DNA from: Minisyncoccota bacterium | GTDB taxonomy: Bacteria; Patescibacteriota; Minisyncoccia; Phycocordibacterales; UBA9973 | NCBI GenBank assembly: GCA_041675085.1 | Contig: JBAYUN010000003.1 | Location: 28,798 to 92,797 of the forward strand | Length of the DNA: 64,000 nucleotides | Reading direction: 5' to 3' | Shown: positions 28,501-37,801 of the stretch, piece by piece | Numbering within the stretch: position 1 is the stretch's first letter | Layout: every line of letters begins with the position of its first letter | The notes under the pieces: generated by a model | The model's database searches: none | What the model was told of the DNA's origin: nothing | Seen by the model: only the letters and a program-made list of their open reading frames with translations | Program-made: the position numbers and the translations under genes

Positions 28501-31500
28501 GGTACGAATTCTCCTCTTGGTACAATAGCTAGCGGTACGACTATCGCCAACATAGCCGCGCTTGACCTTAATGGTTATACTTTGTCGACTACAGAAGCTA
28601 TAACTTCTCTTAATGGATCAGGTTTTGGACCTAGTGCTACTGTTGCTAATGGTAATAGTGTTATGGGTGCTCTAATGAATAGCTCGGGAACTTCTGTTAG
28701 TTATAATGGAAATATTGCTCTTGGGTCTGCGTCGAGAATTAATGCGGATTTTGGAACAATTAATATTACTGGGAATATCTCCGGGGCTTTTGGTCTCACT
28801 ATCGGAGGGTATAGCAATACAACTTTAGCAGGGACTATTGGTGCTGGTGCTTTGTCTTTAACTAAAGATGGAATAGGTACACTTACACTATCAGGTTCAA
28901 ATTCTTATACTGGGGCAACAACTGTGAGTTCAGGTACAATTAAACTTGGTGCAACTGGTAGCGGTAGTAATACACCTCTTGGTACTACAGGAGGTACAAC
29001 AACTGTCGCTACTGGTTCACGTTTTGATCTTAATGGTTTTACTTTAGCTACAGCAGAAACTATTACTTTAAATGGTGTTGGTTATGGTATTGGTAATGGA
29101 GCTAGTGGGGCATTAATCAATAGTTCTGTTTCTTCTGTTACATATAGTGGGCAAATCTTGCTTGGTTCTACGGGTACAATGGTTAAAGCCGATTATGGTG
29201 ATATTAATCTAACTGCTGCAGGTACAATCACGGGTGCAAATTTTGGTTTAATTTTAGCGGGATCTGGTAATGGAACTTTGTCTAGTATTATTGGTACTAC
29301 CTCTGGAACAGTTACAAAAATTGGAAGTGGAATGTGGACCTTGTCGGGTTCTAGTACGTATACTGGAGCGACTAATATAAATATAGGTACTTTGAGGCTT
29401 GGGGCGACTGGGGGAGCGACAAATACACCACTTGGAACTATTGGGTCTGGGACTGTGGTCTCAAGTGGAGCGGTCTTGGATTTAAATGGTTATACTCTCG
29501 GCACAGTTGAAGGTCTAACTATTAACGGACGTGGTATTGGTAACGGAGGTGTGCTTATTAATAATTCTATTAGTAGCACAACTTATCCTGGCGGAATAAA
29601 TCAAGCTACAGATTCTCGTATTGCAAATTCAGGAGCTGGGCTTTTGACACTATCCGGTGCAGTCAGTGGGGCTTTTACTCTTCAGGTGGGTGGAGCGGGT
29701 AGTACTACATTTAGCACCGCTATTCCTACTACCTTTCTTATTTTAAGAAAACAAGGTGCGGGTACTCTAACTCTGACGGGTACGAATCTAAATATAGGAG
29801 GAGTAATAATAGATGAAGGAACATTAACTTATGGAGCGGCAACAACTTTAGCCGCCACTCCAATGACTGTTCTCGGTGGGACTTTTAATATGAATGGGAC
29901 TACAGATGCTATTGGTGCCGTTACTCTTATCGGAGGCAATATTTCTAATGGAACTCTAACATCTGCTACTAGCTATACTCTTGAAAGTGGTACAGTTAGT
30001 GCTATTTTAGCAGGAGCTGTGCCTGTCATAAAAAATACAAATAATACTGTTGTACTCTCTGGTGTAAATACTATAAGTAGTACCACTACTATCAACGCTG
30101 GTACTCTAACCATTAGCGGTAGTGGAAGCGCTACAGCGACTACTATCACAGTAAACTTGGGTGGGACTTTAACTTTGGATAATTCTTCTACAGCTGTAGC
30201 TAGTCGTTTAGGAGATGCAATAGCGCTCACTATGAACGGTGGTAATTATAATTTTATTGGTAATTCTGCAGGAGCATCCTCTGAAACAACAGGAGCCTTA
30301 ACTTTATTAACTGGGCATAATACCGTGACTGTTACTCCTGGTTCTGGTGGAAGTACTACAATGACTTTTGCAAGCTTGTCTCGCACTGCCGGAGCTACTG
30401 TTCTTTTCCGAGGAACTGGTCTAGGGACAGCTTCTGCTGCTAATATTTCTACTTTAGTTTTTACAGCAACACCTACTTTAACTGGTGGGGGTGGTGCATC
30501 TGGTTCTACGACTGTCAGTGTGATTAAAGGAGCATATGGAGACTCTTCTTTATCTGGTACAGGTAGTGATATGGTGACTTATCAAGGTGGAACTGGTTTA
30601 CGTTTATTAAACGGCGCAGGATTTTCTGGAGAATATGCGACTAATTTATCTACAGCAAATGCTAATGTAAAATTAACTGCTAGTGCAACAGCTACAACAA
30701 CAAATACGAACTCATTAATTTTAAATGGTTTTAGTGTTACTGATCCTGGAGTAGATACTACTTTACCAATTGCATCTGCTTCGCTTGCTGGAAATATTTT
30801 AATAAACTCGGCTAATGACATTGCTGGTTCAAATACAACTCTAGGTATTACAACTTTTGAATTACCTATTTTAGCAACATCTAATGGAGCGATCACTGCT
30901 AAGATAGGTACTGCTACCTCAGGGGTGCTTACTTTGAGTGGTTCTGGAAATGTCACCTTAAGTGCGGCTAATCTTTATAATGGGTTAACATACATTAATG
31001 GAGCTACTCTTACTTATGGTGTAAGTAATGCTATTTCTACTGGAGGTGTGGTTGTGCGTGGTGGTTTGTACGACTTGAATGGAAATTCAGATATTATAGG
31101 TTCTTTATCTCTTACTGCAGCTTCTGTTGCTACGGCATCTGGTACTCTTACTTTAGGTGGAGATCTTACAAGTATTGCTAATGGAAATTTTAGTTCAAAG
31201 ATAACTGGTAATCTGGATCTTGGGTTTAATAGAATTTTTAATATCGGTGACGGGCTTGTTGATAATGATCTTATTGTGTCGGCTATTGTTAGTGGTGCTT
31301 TTAATGTAACAAAAAGTACAGGTACTGGGGTTTTGGTATTCTCTGGAGATAATACTTACACTGGTTCCACTACTATCAGTGCTGGAACTTTAAGGCTTGG
31401 TGCAAATGGTGGTGTTACAAATACACCTCTTGGTACTACTTTAGGCAATACTATTGTTTCTGGTGCATCTTCAGCTCTTGATTTGAATGGTTTTACTTTA

Positions 31501-34500
31501 GGCACGGCTGAGCCTTTGACATTAACTGGAGCACTGGCTACTGGTGCTTTGCAAAATACCTCAAGTGATTCTGTGACTTACAGTGGTTTAATAACTCTTG
31601 GTGCAGCTAGTACTATAATATCTAATTATGGTGATATTAATATTAGTAATGGCGGTAACATAACAGGGAATACTTTTGGTCTTACTATTGGAGGTGCAGG
31701 TAATGGAACTCTGTTTAGCAATTTAAATACTGGAACTGGCACTTTAACTAAAAATGGTTTAGGCGTTTGGACTATATCAGGTGGGGCTAGTACATACACA
31801 GGACTTACTACAATTAGTGCGGGTACTTTGAAACTTGGTTCTGCTGGTAGCGGAGTGAACACTCCACTTGGCACTGTCGCTGGTGGAGTTACTGTTACCA
31901 GTGGAGCAATATTTGATTTAAATGGTTTTACTTTAGCTACAGCAGAACCCATTGGATCTTTAAACGGAACAGGTATTGCAAACATCGGTGCACTTATTAA
32001 TAGCTCCAGTAATACAATATCATTCACTGGGACAATTACTTTAGGTGCTGCTTCTCGTGTCGTTAATTATGGTAACGGAGTTTTGACTTTAGCTGGTAAT
32101 ATAGGTGGTAACTTTGCTTTAACTTTAGTGACTGTAGGTGGTATTACGCAATCTTCTAACAGTATACGTTCTGGTACTAGTACAATAATCAAAGAAGGTT
32201 CTGGTACATTAATCTTGACTGGTCAAAATACTTTTACTGGTGCTGTAACTGTAAGTACAGGTGTATTGCAACTTGGAGCCAGTGGTGGGGCTACGAATAC
32301 ACCCTTGGGTACTAGTGCTGGAGGTGTAGTGGTTTCTACTGGTGCAGTTTTGGATCTTAGTACTTATTCTTTAGGTGGAGCTTCTACTTATGAAACTTTA
32401 AACCTAAGTGGTACTGGTATTGGTAATGGTGGTGTATTAATTAGTACAGCTAGTGGAAATAATAATTTTGGTGCAGTGACAGTGGCGGCGAGCTCTCTCG
32501 TTGTTAATAATGGTAGTGGTACTATAACTTTTGGTGGAACTATTACAATTGCTAATAGTATAAACTTAAGTATTGGCGGTACAGGACCGACAACAATCTC
32601 TGGAGCTTATGGAGCAACAGCAACATCTGCAACTTTAACAAAATGGGATTCTGGAACATTGTCTATGGGTAGTGTAGCAAGTATTACTACTGGCTTAGTG
32701 CGTATTAATGGTGGAACTATAAAATATGGAATAAATGATTCATTCGCCACTCCTTTTTTAACAATAGCTGGTGGAACCTTAGACTTAAATGGATTTAATG
32801 AAACTAATATTGGAGCTGTTACTTTAATTGATGGATCTATTGTAAATACTGGTGGTGCATCAACTCTTACATCTACTACTACTTATACAGTAGAGAATGG
32901 AACAATTAGTGCTGTTTTAGCTGGTGCAGCCATAGCTTTTAATAAAAATACTGGCGGTACAGTTAGTCTATCTGCCGCTAATACTTTCGCAGGATTAACA
33001 AGTATTAACGCAGGAACTCTTGCTTGGGGAATTAATGATGCATTGTCTAGTGGAGCTCTTACTGTGACGGGAGGTATTGCTGATTTAGGAACTCATACTG
33101 ATACTGTTGGTACTGCTACTTTAACCTCTGGAAGTATAAAAAGTAGTACAGGTATTTTAACCGCAACTTCTTATGCTGTAGCGAGCGGTAGTATTGGTGC
33201 TATTCTTGCTGGCGCAGTGAATTTAACTAAAACTACAGTAGGCTTAGTTACTCTGTCTGGAAATAATACTTATACTGGTATTACTACTATTAGTGGTGGA
33301 ACCTTAAGTGTATCAAATATTGGTAATGGAGGAGTAGTAGGGAATTTAGGTCAAGCTACGAATGCTGCTGCTAATATTGTATTTAATACTGGTACAGGTA
33401 CATTACAATACACAGGTTCTACGGCTTCTACTGATAGATCTTATACTACAACTACTGCTATAACTACAAACTTTGATATCACTAATCCTGGTACTGTGTT
33501 AACTTGGTCTGGTGCTGGTACTGTTACCACAGCTATTGTCACAAAAATAGGCCAAGGTACTTTAAAATTTTCAGCTTCACAAGGTCATACTGGTGCAACA
33601 AATATACTTGCAGGAACTTTACAATATGGAGTAGCTAATATGCTTTCTACTGGTACTGTAAATATAAGTAATGGTATTCTTGATATCAATAATTTCTCTG
33701 ATAGTGTGGGTGTTATTACTTTGCAAAATGCTGGTTCTATTATTGATTCTGGTGGAACCACAGCAGTTTTAACCACCACAGGAACCGGAGCTTTCCAAAG
33801 TGGATTTATTAGTGCTAGACTCGGAGGGTCAATATCTACAGCAATCACTAAATCTACTAATGGTAGAGTTGTATTGTCAGGTGATAATACTTTTACTGGT
33901 ACTATAATTTCTTTGTTCACTGGTTATTTATCTCTTCTTCATAATAATGCATTAGGCGCTTCAGGCACTTCTCTCGGTCTAATTGTAACATCTGGCGCAG
34001 TCTTGGAATTAAATGGTGATATTATGATACCGAGTACTAAAGCTTTTACTATTAATGGTTCTGGTGTAAATAACTTGGGTGCAATTAGAAATGTCAGTGG
34101 TGCAAATACTATAATGGCTTTTGGTAATTTTGCTTTAGGTTCTAATAGTCGCATTAATTCGGATAGTGGTAGTTTAACTATCCCTACTATTTCTGGTAAT
34201 AGTAGGAGTCTAACATTCGGTGGGGCTGGAGATATAACTGTCACTGGTGCTATCAGTACAACCAGTGGTACTCTAACTAAAGAAGGTTCTGGTGTTTTGA
34301 CTCTTACTGGAACGAATACGTACTATGGAACAACTACTCTAACTTTGGGGACTATTATAGCCAACTCTACTTCATCTCTAGGAGATGGTAGTGCTACTAA
34401 TACTTTAATATTTAATGGTGGAACTTTAAAAGCTTCAGGGACTATAACTTCCCCTGTTGATCGAACTGTGACTCTTGCTGGTAACGCTACTATTGATACT

Positions 34501-35208
34501 AATGGTAATAATGTTAGTATCGCGGGAACTGTTGGTTCAGCTGGAGGTCTGACTAAAAATGGTGCCGGGACCCTAACTCTCACCGGAGTAACTACTATCG
34601 GTAATGGTCTCACTATAGATGACGGAACTTTTGTGGCTCCGACCAGTTTAACTATTACTGGAGATCTGACCAATAGTGGTACTTTCACTCATAGTAATGG
34701 TACAGTGGTTTTAAACCCTAATGCAATAAATAGTACTGCTAATGTATTTGGTAGTTCTAATACTATTTTTTATAATTTTACTTATGCTACAGCTAACTCG
34801 AATCTAAAATTTAAAGCCGGCAATACTTATACTTTCACAAATCTTTTAACCTTAACCGGAACTCTAGGTAGTCCTATTTCATTAAGTTCAGACACCAATG
34901 GAGTTCAGTGGCTCATGGTCCTTTCTGGTTCTAGTAGTGTTGCTTATATAAATGTACGAGACTCTGGATGTAGTAGTGGTAATACTGTCCCTGTTGATTA
35001 TCCTTCTATTTCTAACTCTGGAAATAATGGGTGGTGCTGGTCATTTATAAGTCTCAGTGGTGGTTCTGTGAGTAATGTAGAAGTTTCTGTAACCCCAGAT
35101 CCAGATCAAACAGGAGGAGATGAGGGTGGAGGTGTGGGAATTGAAGATGAGGGAACGGGAGATGTGGAAGGTGGAGGTGGTTCTGGTGGAGGTGGCGGTT
35201 TAGAATAG
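25576..35208 (+). CDS. giant surface protein (3210 aa) built from autotransporter-associated beta-strand (PATR-like) repeats
   Basis: Signal peptide. There are dozens of degenerate repeats of the form TKxGxGTLTLSGxNTYTGxTTIxxGTLxLG, for example TKIGSGMWTLSGSSTYTGATNINIGTLRLGATGG. The C-terminus is Gly-rich (GGGGSGGGGGLE). Confidence 0.65.
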   Translation: MKKDFYINLIKFSSTLFVFVFLFLFTTNAAEAAVKTWTGSTSDLWSVGANWGGDVPVTGDDLVFPDGTSNLSSTNDLTENTIFNSITFSGSGYTLSGNSIILGPGLAGITDVTSSGGNTIAFDIRLDVTRDIYVTNINETLTISGRIAGVGGINKEGEGKLILSGANTYGGITKVNVGVLNAQNDKSLGTILAGTEVVGNAVLELQGGINISYEALALRGYGVSENGALRNISGNNTYGGLITLSSAGGTEISSDADTLTITGGMTGAFPLFIDGPGNITYSTTPIAIAAGTVTKKGSGTLRYNFPNTYTGLTIIDAGTLLYGTNNAILSGGVTVTGGTLDISNYSDMLGTVTLGTLDLASGTITGTSGVLSSPTWTVYNGSINAIISGYGGTLTKSTPGTVVLGRANRYTGATSINGGILEIQDSSSLGTIDGITTVSGGSTLQINGDGMLIPEYIAFSGTGHLYKGAIRNKNGNNTLSGLLTTGSGAMIVSEIDTILTIDERGVSVTTIGLTVGGAGDVVFTDDAPIYGTTGTLTKNDEGLLTINSFSNITGVISINRGDVVLSGLGALPIATTIFINAGATLTLDNTSNIVNDRIADTAVVTMNGGNFNFKGSSSGDVLETTGVLTSGIATQSGDNKITITPGSGGSTVMRFASLIRTAGSSLLFRGTSLGSTPAANVSTLLFTTAPTLLGDDGESNSPTLSIIPGAFGDNSLTGTGTDMVTYNKGNINGLRLLNGIGFTGEYTSDINRTNGNVKLTSSISATTSLINSLILSSGSSITNPSTSQNITLTSGNILNLVNGANIAGANTTLIMDGNVEGFIRAVEDIDFSSSIATTGGFTKTGEGTLTFSRAQTYTGLTSVNEGTFLYGIADTISSGNVTVNGGILDIANFNDTVGAVILQKGTITGSTGVLSGASYNLREGTVSAILGGGVTLTRIATNTAADSIVALTRENSYTGVTTITSGILKIGAAGNGTNSPLGTIASGTTIANIAALDLNGYTLSTTEAITSLNGSGFGPSATVANGNSVMGALMNSSGTSVSYNGNIALGSASRINADFGTINITGNISGAFGLTIGGYSNTTLAGTIGAGALSLTKDGIGTLTLSGSNSYTGATTVSSGTIKLGATGSGSNTPLGTTGGTTTVATGSRFDLNGFTLATAETITLNGVGYGIGNGASGALINSSVSSVTYSGQILLGSTGTMVKADYGDINLTAAGTITGANFGLILAGSGNGTLSSIIGTTSGTVTKIGSGMWTLSGSSTYTGATNINIGTLRLGATGGATNTPLGTIGSGTVVSSGAVLDLNGYTLGTVEGLTINGRGIGNGGVLINNSISSTTYPGGINQATDSRIANSGAGLLTLSGAVSGAFTLQVGGAGSTTFSTAIPTTFLILRKQGAGTLTLTGTNLNIGGVIIDEGTLTYGAATTLAATPMTVLGGTFNMNGTTDAIGAVTLIGGNISNGTLTSATSYTLESGTVSAILAGAVPVIKNTNNTVVLSGVNTISSTTTINAGTLTISGSGSATATTITVNLGGTLTLDNSSTAVASRLGDAIALTMNGGNYNFIGNSAGASSETTGALTLLTGHNTVTVTPGSGGSTTMTFASLSRTAGATVLFRGTGLGTASAANISTLVFTATPTLTGGGGASGSTTVSVIKGAYGDSSLSGTGSDMVTYQGGTGLRLLNGAGFSGEYATNLSTANANVKLTASATATTTNTNSLILNGFSVTDPGVDTTLPIASASLAGNILINSANDIAGSNTTLGITTFELPILATSNGAITAKIGTATSGVLTLSGSGNVTLSAANLYNGLTYINGATLTYGVSNAISTGGVVVRGGLYDLNGNSDIIGSLSLTAASVATASGTLTLGGDLTSIANGNFSSKITGNLDLGFNRIFNIGDGLVDNDLIVSAIVSGAFNVTKSTGTGVLVFSGDNTYTGSTTISAGTLRLGANGGVTNTPLGTTLGNTIVSGASSALDLNGFTLGTAEPLTLTGALATGALQNTSSDSVTYSGLITLGAASTIISNYGDINISNGGNITGNTFGLTIGGAGNGTLFSNLNTGTGTLTKNGLGVWTISGGASTYTGLTTISAGTLKLGSAGSGVNTPLGTVAGGVTVTSGAIFDLNGFTLATAEPIGSLNGTGIANIGALINSSSNTISFTGTITLGAASRVVNYGNGVLTLAGNIGGNFALTLVTVGGITQSSNSIRSGTSTIIKEGSGTLILTGQNTFTGAVTVSTGVLQLGASGGATNTPLGTSAGGVVVSTGAVLDLSTYSLGGASTYETLNLSGTGIGNGGVLISTASGNNNFGAVTVAASSLVVNNGSGTITFGGTITIANSINLSIGGTGPTTISGAYGATATSATLTKWDSGTLSMGSVASITTGLVRINGGTIKYGINDSFATPFLTIAGGTLDLNGFNETNIGAVTLIDGSIVNTGGASTLTSTTTYTVENGTISAVLAGAAIAFNKNTGGTVSLSAANTFAGLTSINAGTLAWGINDALSSGALTVTGGIADLGTHTDTVGTATLTSGSIKSSTGILTATSYAVASGSIGAILAGAVNLTKTTVGLVTLSGNNTYTGITTISGGTLSVSNIGNGGVVGNLGQATNAAANIVFNTGTGTLQYTGSTASTDRSYTTTTAITTNFDITNPGTVLTWSGAGTVTTAIVTKIGQGTLKFSASQGHTGATNILAGTLQYGVANMLSTGTVNISNGILDINNFSDSVGVITLQNAGSIIDSGGTTAVLTTTGTGAFQSGFISARLGGSISTAITKSTNGRVVLSGDNTFTGTIISLFTGYLSLLHNNALGASGTSLGLIVTSGAVLELNGDIMIPSTKAFTINGSGVNNLGAIRNVSGANTIMAFGNFALGSNSRINSDSGSLTIPTISGNSRSLTFGGAGDITVTGAISTTSGTLTKEGSGVLTLTGTNTYYGTTTLTLGTIIANSTSSLGDGSATNTLIFNGGTLKASGTITSPVDRTVTLAGNATIDTNGNNVSIAGTVGSAGGLTKNGAGTLTLTGVTTIGNGLTIDDGTFVAPTSLTITGDLTNSGTFTHSNGTVVLNPNAINSTANVFGSSNTIFYNFTYATANSNLKFKAGNTYTFTNLLTLTGTLGSPISLSSDTNGVQWLMVLSGSSSVAYINVRDSGCSSGNTVPVDYPSISNSGNNGWCWSFISLSGGSVSNVEVSVTPDPDQTGGDEGGGVGIEDEGTGDVEGGGGSGGGGGLE

Positions 35209-35246
35209 TATTCTATCTCTCTTCTTATTGTGCTATGATATTATAG

Positions 35247-35636
35247 ATGAAAAATTTTTTACAGAAACATGCCTTATACTTTTTGGTTTTTACTGTTTCA
35301 GTTATTTTTGTATTAATTTTTATTTTAGTAAAATTTGTTTTTTTTCAAAAATCAGAAGTAAAAACTGAGAGTGATATATTGATAGATAAAGTAGGAGAGA
35401 TAGTGTATTTGCCAATAGGTGAGACGCCTTCTGTCGCTACCGTGACCGATCCTTCCAAATTAAAAAACCAAAACTTTTTTGAAAACGCAAAAACAGGAGA
35501 TAAGGTTTTGATTTATCCCAAATCAGGTAAAGCAGTGTTATATGATCCTGAAGTACATAAAATCGTAAATATTTCTTCAATTTTATTGAATGCATCTTTG
35601 GAAAACGAATCAAATATTAATCAACAAGAATTTTAA
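35247..35636 (+). CDS. hypothetical N-terminally anchored protein
   Basis: 129 aa with a single N-terminal TM. It is the first gene of the surface locus. Confidence 0.3.
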   Translation: MKNFLQKHALYFLVFTVSVIFVLIFILVKFVFFQKSEVKTESDILIDKVGEIVYLPIGETPSVATVTDPSKLKNQNFFENAKTGDKVLIYPKSGKAVLYDPEVHKIVNISSILLNASLENESNINQQEF

Positions 35637-35637
35637 A

Positions 35638-36633
35638 ATGATTAAAAAGAATTTTGTTACAAAAATCTTTATATTGTCTTTTCTCTTATTGTTGTCTTTT
35701 TTTAATGCTTTTGCTGAAGATCTGACTAGTACTAATTTCATAGTTCGTGATCCTATTATTGGTACAGGTGGTTCTTATGGAACCTCTACGAATTTTAAGC
35801 TTTATGGTTCTGGGAATGCCAATATTTCAGGCCAAGGATCTTCTACTAATTTTATTGGACGTAGTGGATTTTTATATTTTCCATTTGTTGATGTTGGTGT
35901 TTTGACCGCTCTACAGAACGGAGTTGATGTTGATTTATCGTGGACTGTTTCTACTGCTGGTTTAGGTTTTAACGTGTCTGGATACAAGGTTGGATTCTCT
36001 GGTGTGCCAGGTGGACCGTATAGTTATACTACACTCGGTTTAGTAACTACTTATACTTATGAAGATATAACTCCCGGAGAGTACTGTTATGTTGTTGAGA
36101 CTTTAGATAGTTTTGGGAATACTATCGGTAAAACCAATGAAGATTGTATTACTGTAGATCCAGTCATATCGTTTTCTATTTCTGATAATAGTTTAAATTT
36201 TGGTAATTTATCTATTTCTGGTCCGAGATATGCTAATACATCTACTGGTAGTGCTACAAGTACTGTCGCTCATACAATATCTGCAGGATCTAATGCTAAT
36301 TCGGGTTATGTTATTACATATAATGGGTCTACTCTAACAAGTGGGTCTAGTAATATAGATGTTGCTTCATCTGTGTCAGGGGACGGAACTCCTGGTGTTG
36401 AACAATTCGGCATCTCTCTTAGTACTAATGGTTCTGCTATTATCCCAATACCTTATAGGCAAACAGGTCCAACTCGGACATATGTCGCAAATACTACGAC
36501 TGAGATAGCTTCGACTAGTGGAGTTACTTCTTCTGAGACTTTTAGTTTGTATTATTTAGCTAATATTTCAAGTATTACAGAAGCAGGTGAGTATCAAGCT
36601 AATATTACTTACGTGGCGACCGGTGAATTCTAG
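35638..36633 (+). CDS. secreted surface protein, paralog A (Fn3-like domain plus WxL/TasA-like C-terminal beta domain)
   Basis: Start at MIKKNF with a Sec signal ending in a predicted AFA cleavage site. Three S(T)NF motifs. An Fn3-like segment reads DVDLSWTVS..GYKVGFSG..YSYTTL. The C-terminal domain runs ISFSISDNSLNFGNLSISG ... TEAGEYQANITYVATGEF and is paralogous to that of 36718..37770. Confidence 0.45.
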   Translation: MIKKNFVTKIFILSFLLLLSFFNAFAEDLTSTNFIVRDPIIGTGGSYGTSTNFKLYGSGNANISGQGSSTNFIGRSGFLYFPFVDVGVLTALQNGVDVDLSWTVSTAGLGFNVSGYKVGFSGVPGGPYSYTTLGLVTTYTYEDITPGEYCYVVETLDSFGNTIGKTNEDCITVDPVISFSISDNSLNFGNLSISGPRYANTSTGSATSTVAHTISAGSNANSGYVITYNGSTLTSGSSNIDVASSVSGDGTPGVEQFGISLSTNGSAIIPIPYRQTGPTRTYVANTTTEIASTSGVTSSETFSLYYLANISSITEAGEYQANITYVATGEF

Positions 36634-36717
36634 TTATCCACATACTATCAAACTTATTTTTTTTGTATTAAAATGTTATAATATATGTATTATTTATTAG
36701 TTAGTTAATTTAAAATT

Positions 36718-37770
36718 ATGTTTAGAAAAATCACGAGTTTTGTTTTGATGTTTATGTTAGTTTTAGTTTCTTCTTACTCATCTGTTTCGTCTTATGCATA
36801 TGCAGCTTCTTTGTCTGCTATGTCTGCTACTTTAAGTACAGAAAAAGCTTCGACTGCTTCCAATTACACCATACAGTTTACAACTCCTACTGGTGTAGCA
36901 TCAGGGCAAACTATTATTTTAACTTTTGATAACTCTACGAGTGTTCATGCTTCTTTGGACTTTACAGATATTGATCTAAAAGACGACGGAGTAGACGTAA
37001 CACTAGCTGCTGCTCCAGCAGCTGCAACTTGGGGAGTAGTACGTACTTCTGGTACAGTTATTACTTTCACTAACGGTACTACAGCAGTAGGTGCTGGTAG
37101 TGTTATAAATATAGAGATTGGTACTCATGCTACTACAGGTGCGACTGGTGACCAACAAATCACAAACGGTTCTGCGGGAACAACATTGCTTACCATGTCT
37201 GGTACATTTACTGATACTGGCGTTATAGGTATTCCAGTAATAGCTGATGATGTTGTGGTTGTGAATGCTCGTGTTCAACCTTCTATTTCATTTACTGTTT
37301 CTGATAATACTATCTTTTTTGGTAATCTACGTACAGCTGGAGCTTGTTTTGCACAAGGTACAGATCCTGGAGCAGTAACTTGTCCTACCACTACTGAAAC
37401 AGAAGCTTTCAATCTTACAGCTGGAACAAATGCTACCTCCGGTTATGTTATAACTGTACAAGGAGCAACTTTGACTTCGGGCGCAGATACTATTGATCCT
37501 TTGGCTGTGAATACTGCTTCAAGTCCTGCTTCAGAACAATTCGGTATGCGTATTACTGCATCAGGTGGTTCTGGTGCTGTGACTGCTCCGTATGCAGCTG
37601 CTGGTTATGCTTGGACAGCGTCAGCTTCTACTCCAGCTCAAATAGCTTCAGCTGGAGACCCTTCAGCTACTACTACATATTCTGTTCGCCAATTGGCTAA
37701 CATTTCAGCTGTAACAGAAGCTGGTACATATACTTCAACTCAAACTTACGTTGCTACTGCTACCTATTAA
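36718..37770 (+). CDS. secreted surface protein, paralog B
   Basis: Sec signal ending in a predicted AYA cleavage site. The C-terminal domain runs SFTVSDNTIFFGNLRTAG ... NATSGYVITVQGATLTSG ... TEAGTYTSTQTYVATATY and aligns with paralog A. Confidence 0.45.
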   Translation: MFRKITSFVLMFMLVLVSSYSSVSSYAYAASLSAMSATLSTEKASTASNYTIQFTTPTGVASGQTIILTFDNSTSVHASLDFTDIDLKDDGVDVTLAAAPAAATWGVVRTSGTVITFTNGTTAVGAGSVINIEIGTHATTGATGDQQITNGSAGTTLLTMSGTFTDTGVIGIPVIADDVVVVNARVQPSISFTVSDNTIFFGNLRTAGACFAQGTDPGAVTCPTTTETEAFNLTAGTNATSGYVITVQGATLTSGADTIDPLAVNTASSPASEQFGMRITASGGSGAVTAPYAAAGYAWTASASTPAQIASAGDPSATTTYSVRQLANISAVTEAGTYTSTQTYVATATY

Positions 37771-37801
37771 TTTAATTTAAAGTGTGTTAATCTGAATAAT
37801 T

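Noticed and set aside
26844-34688. Nine reverse-strand ORFs (80-133 aa) inside the 3210-aa PATR-repeat gene
   Set aside because: Same artefact: antisense of Gly/Thr/Ser-rich repeats, nested in the giant ORF.
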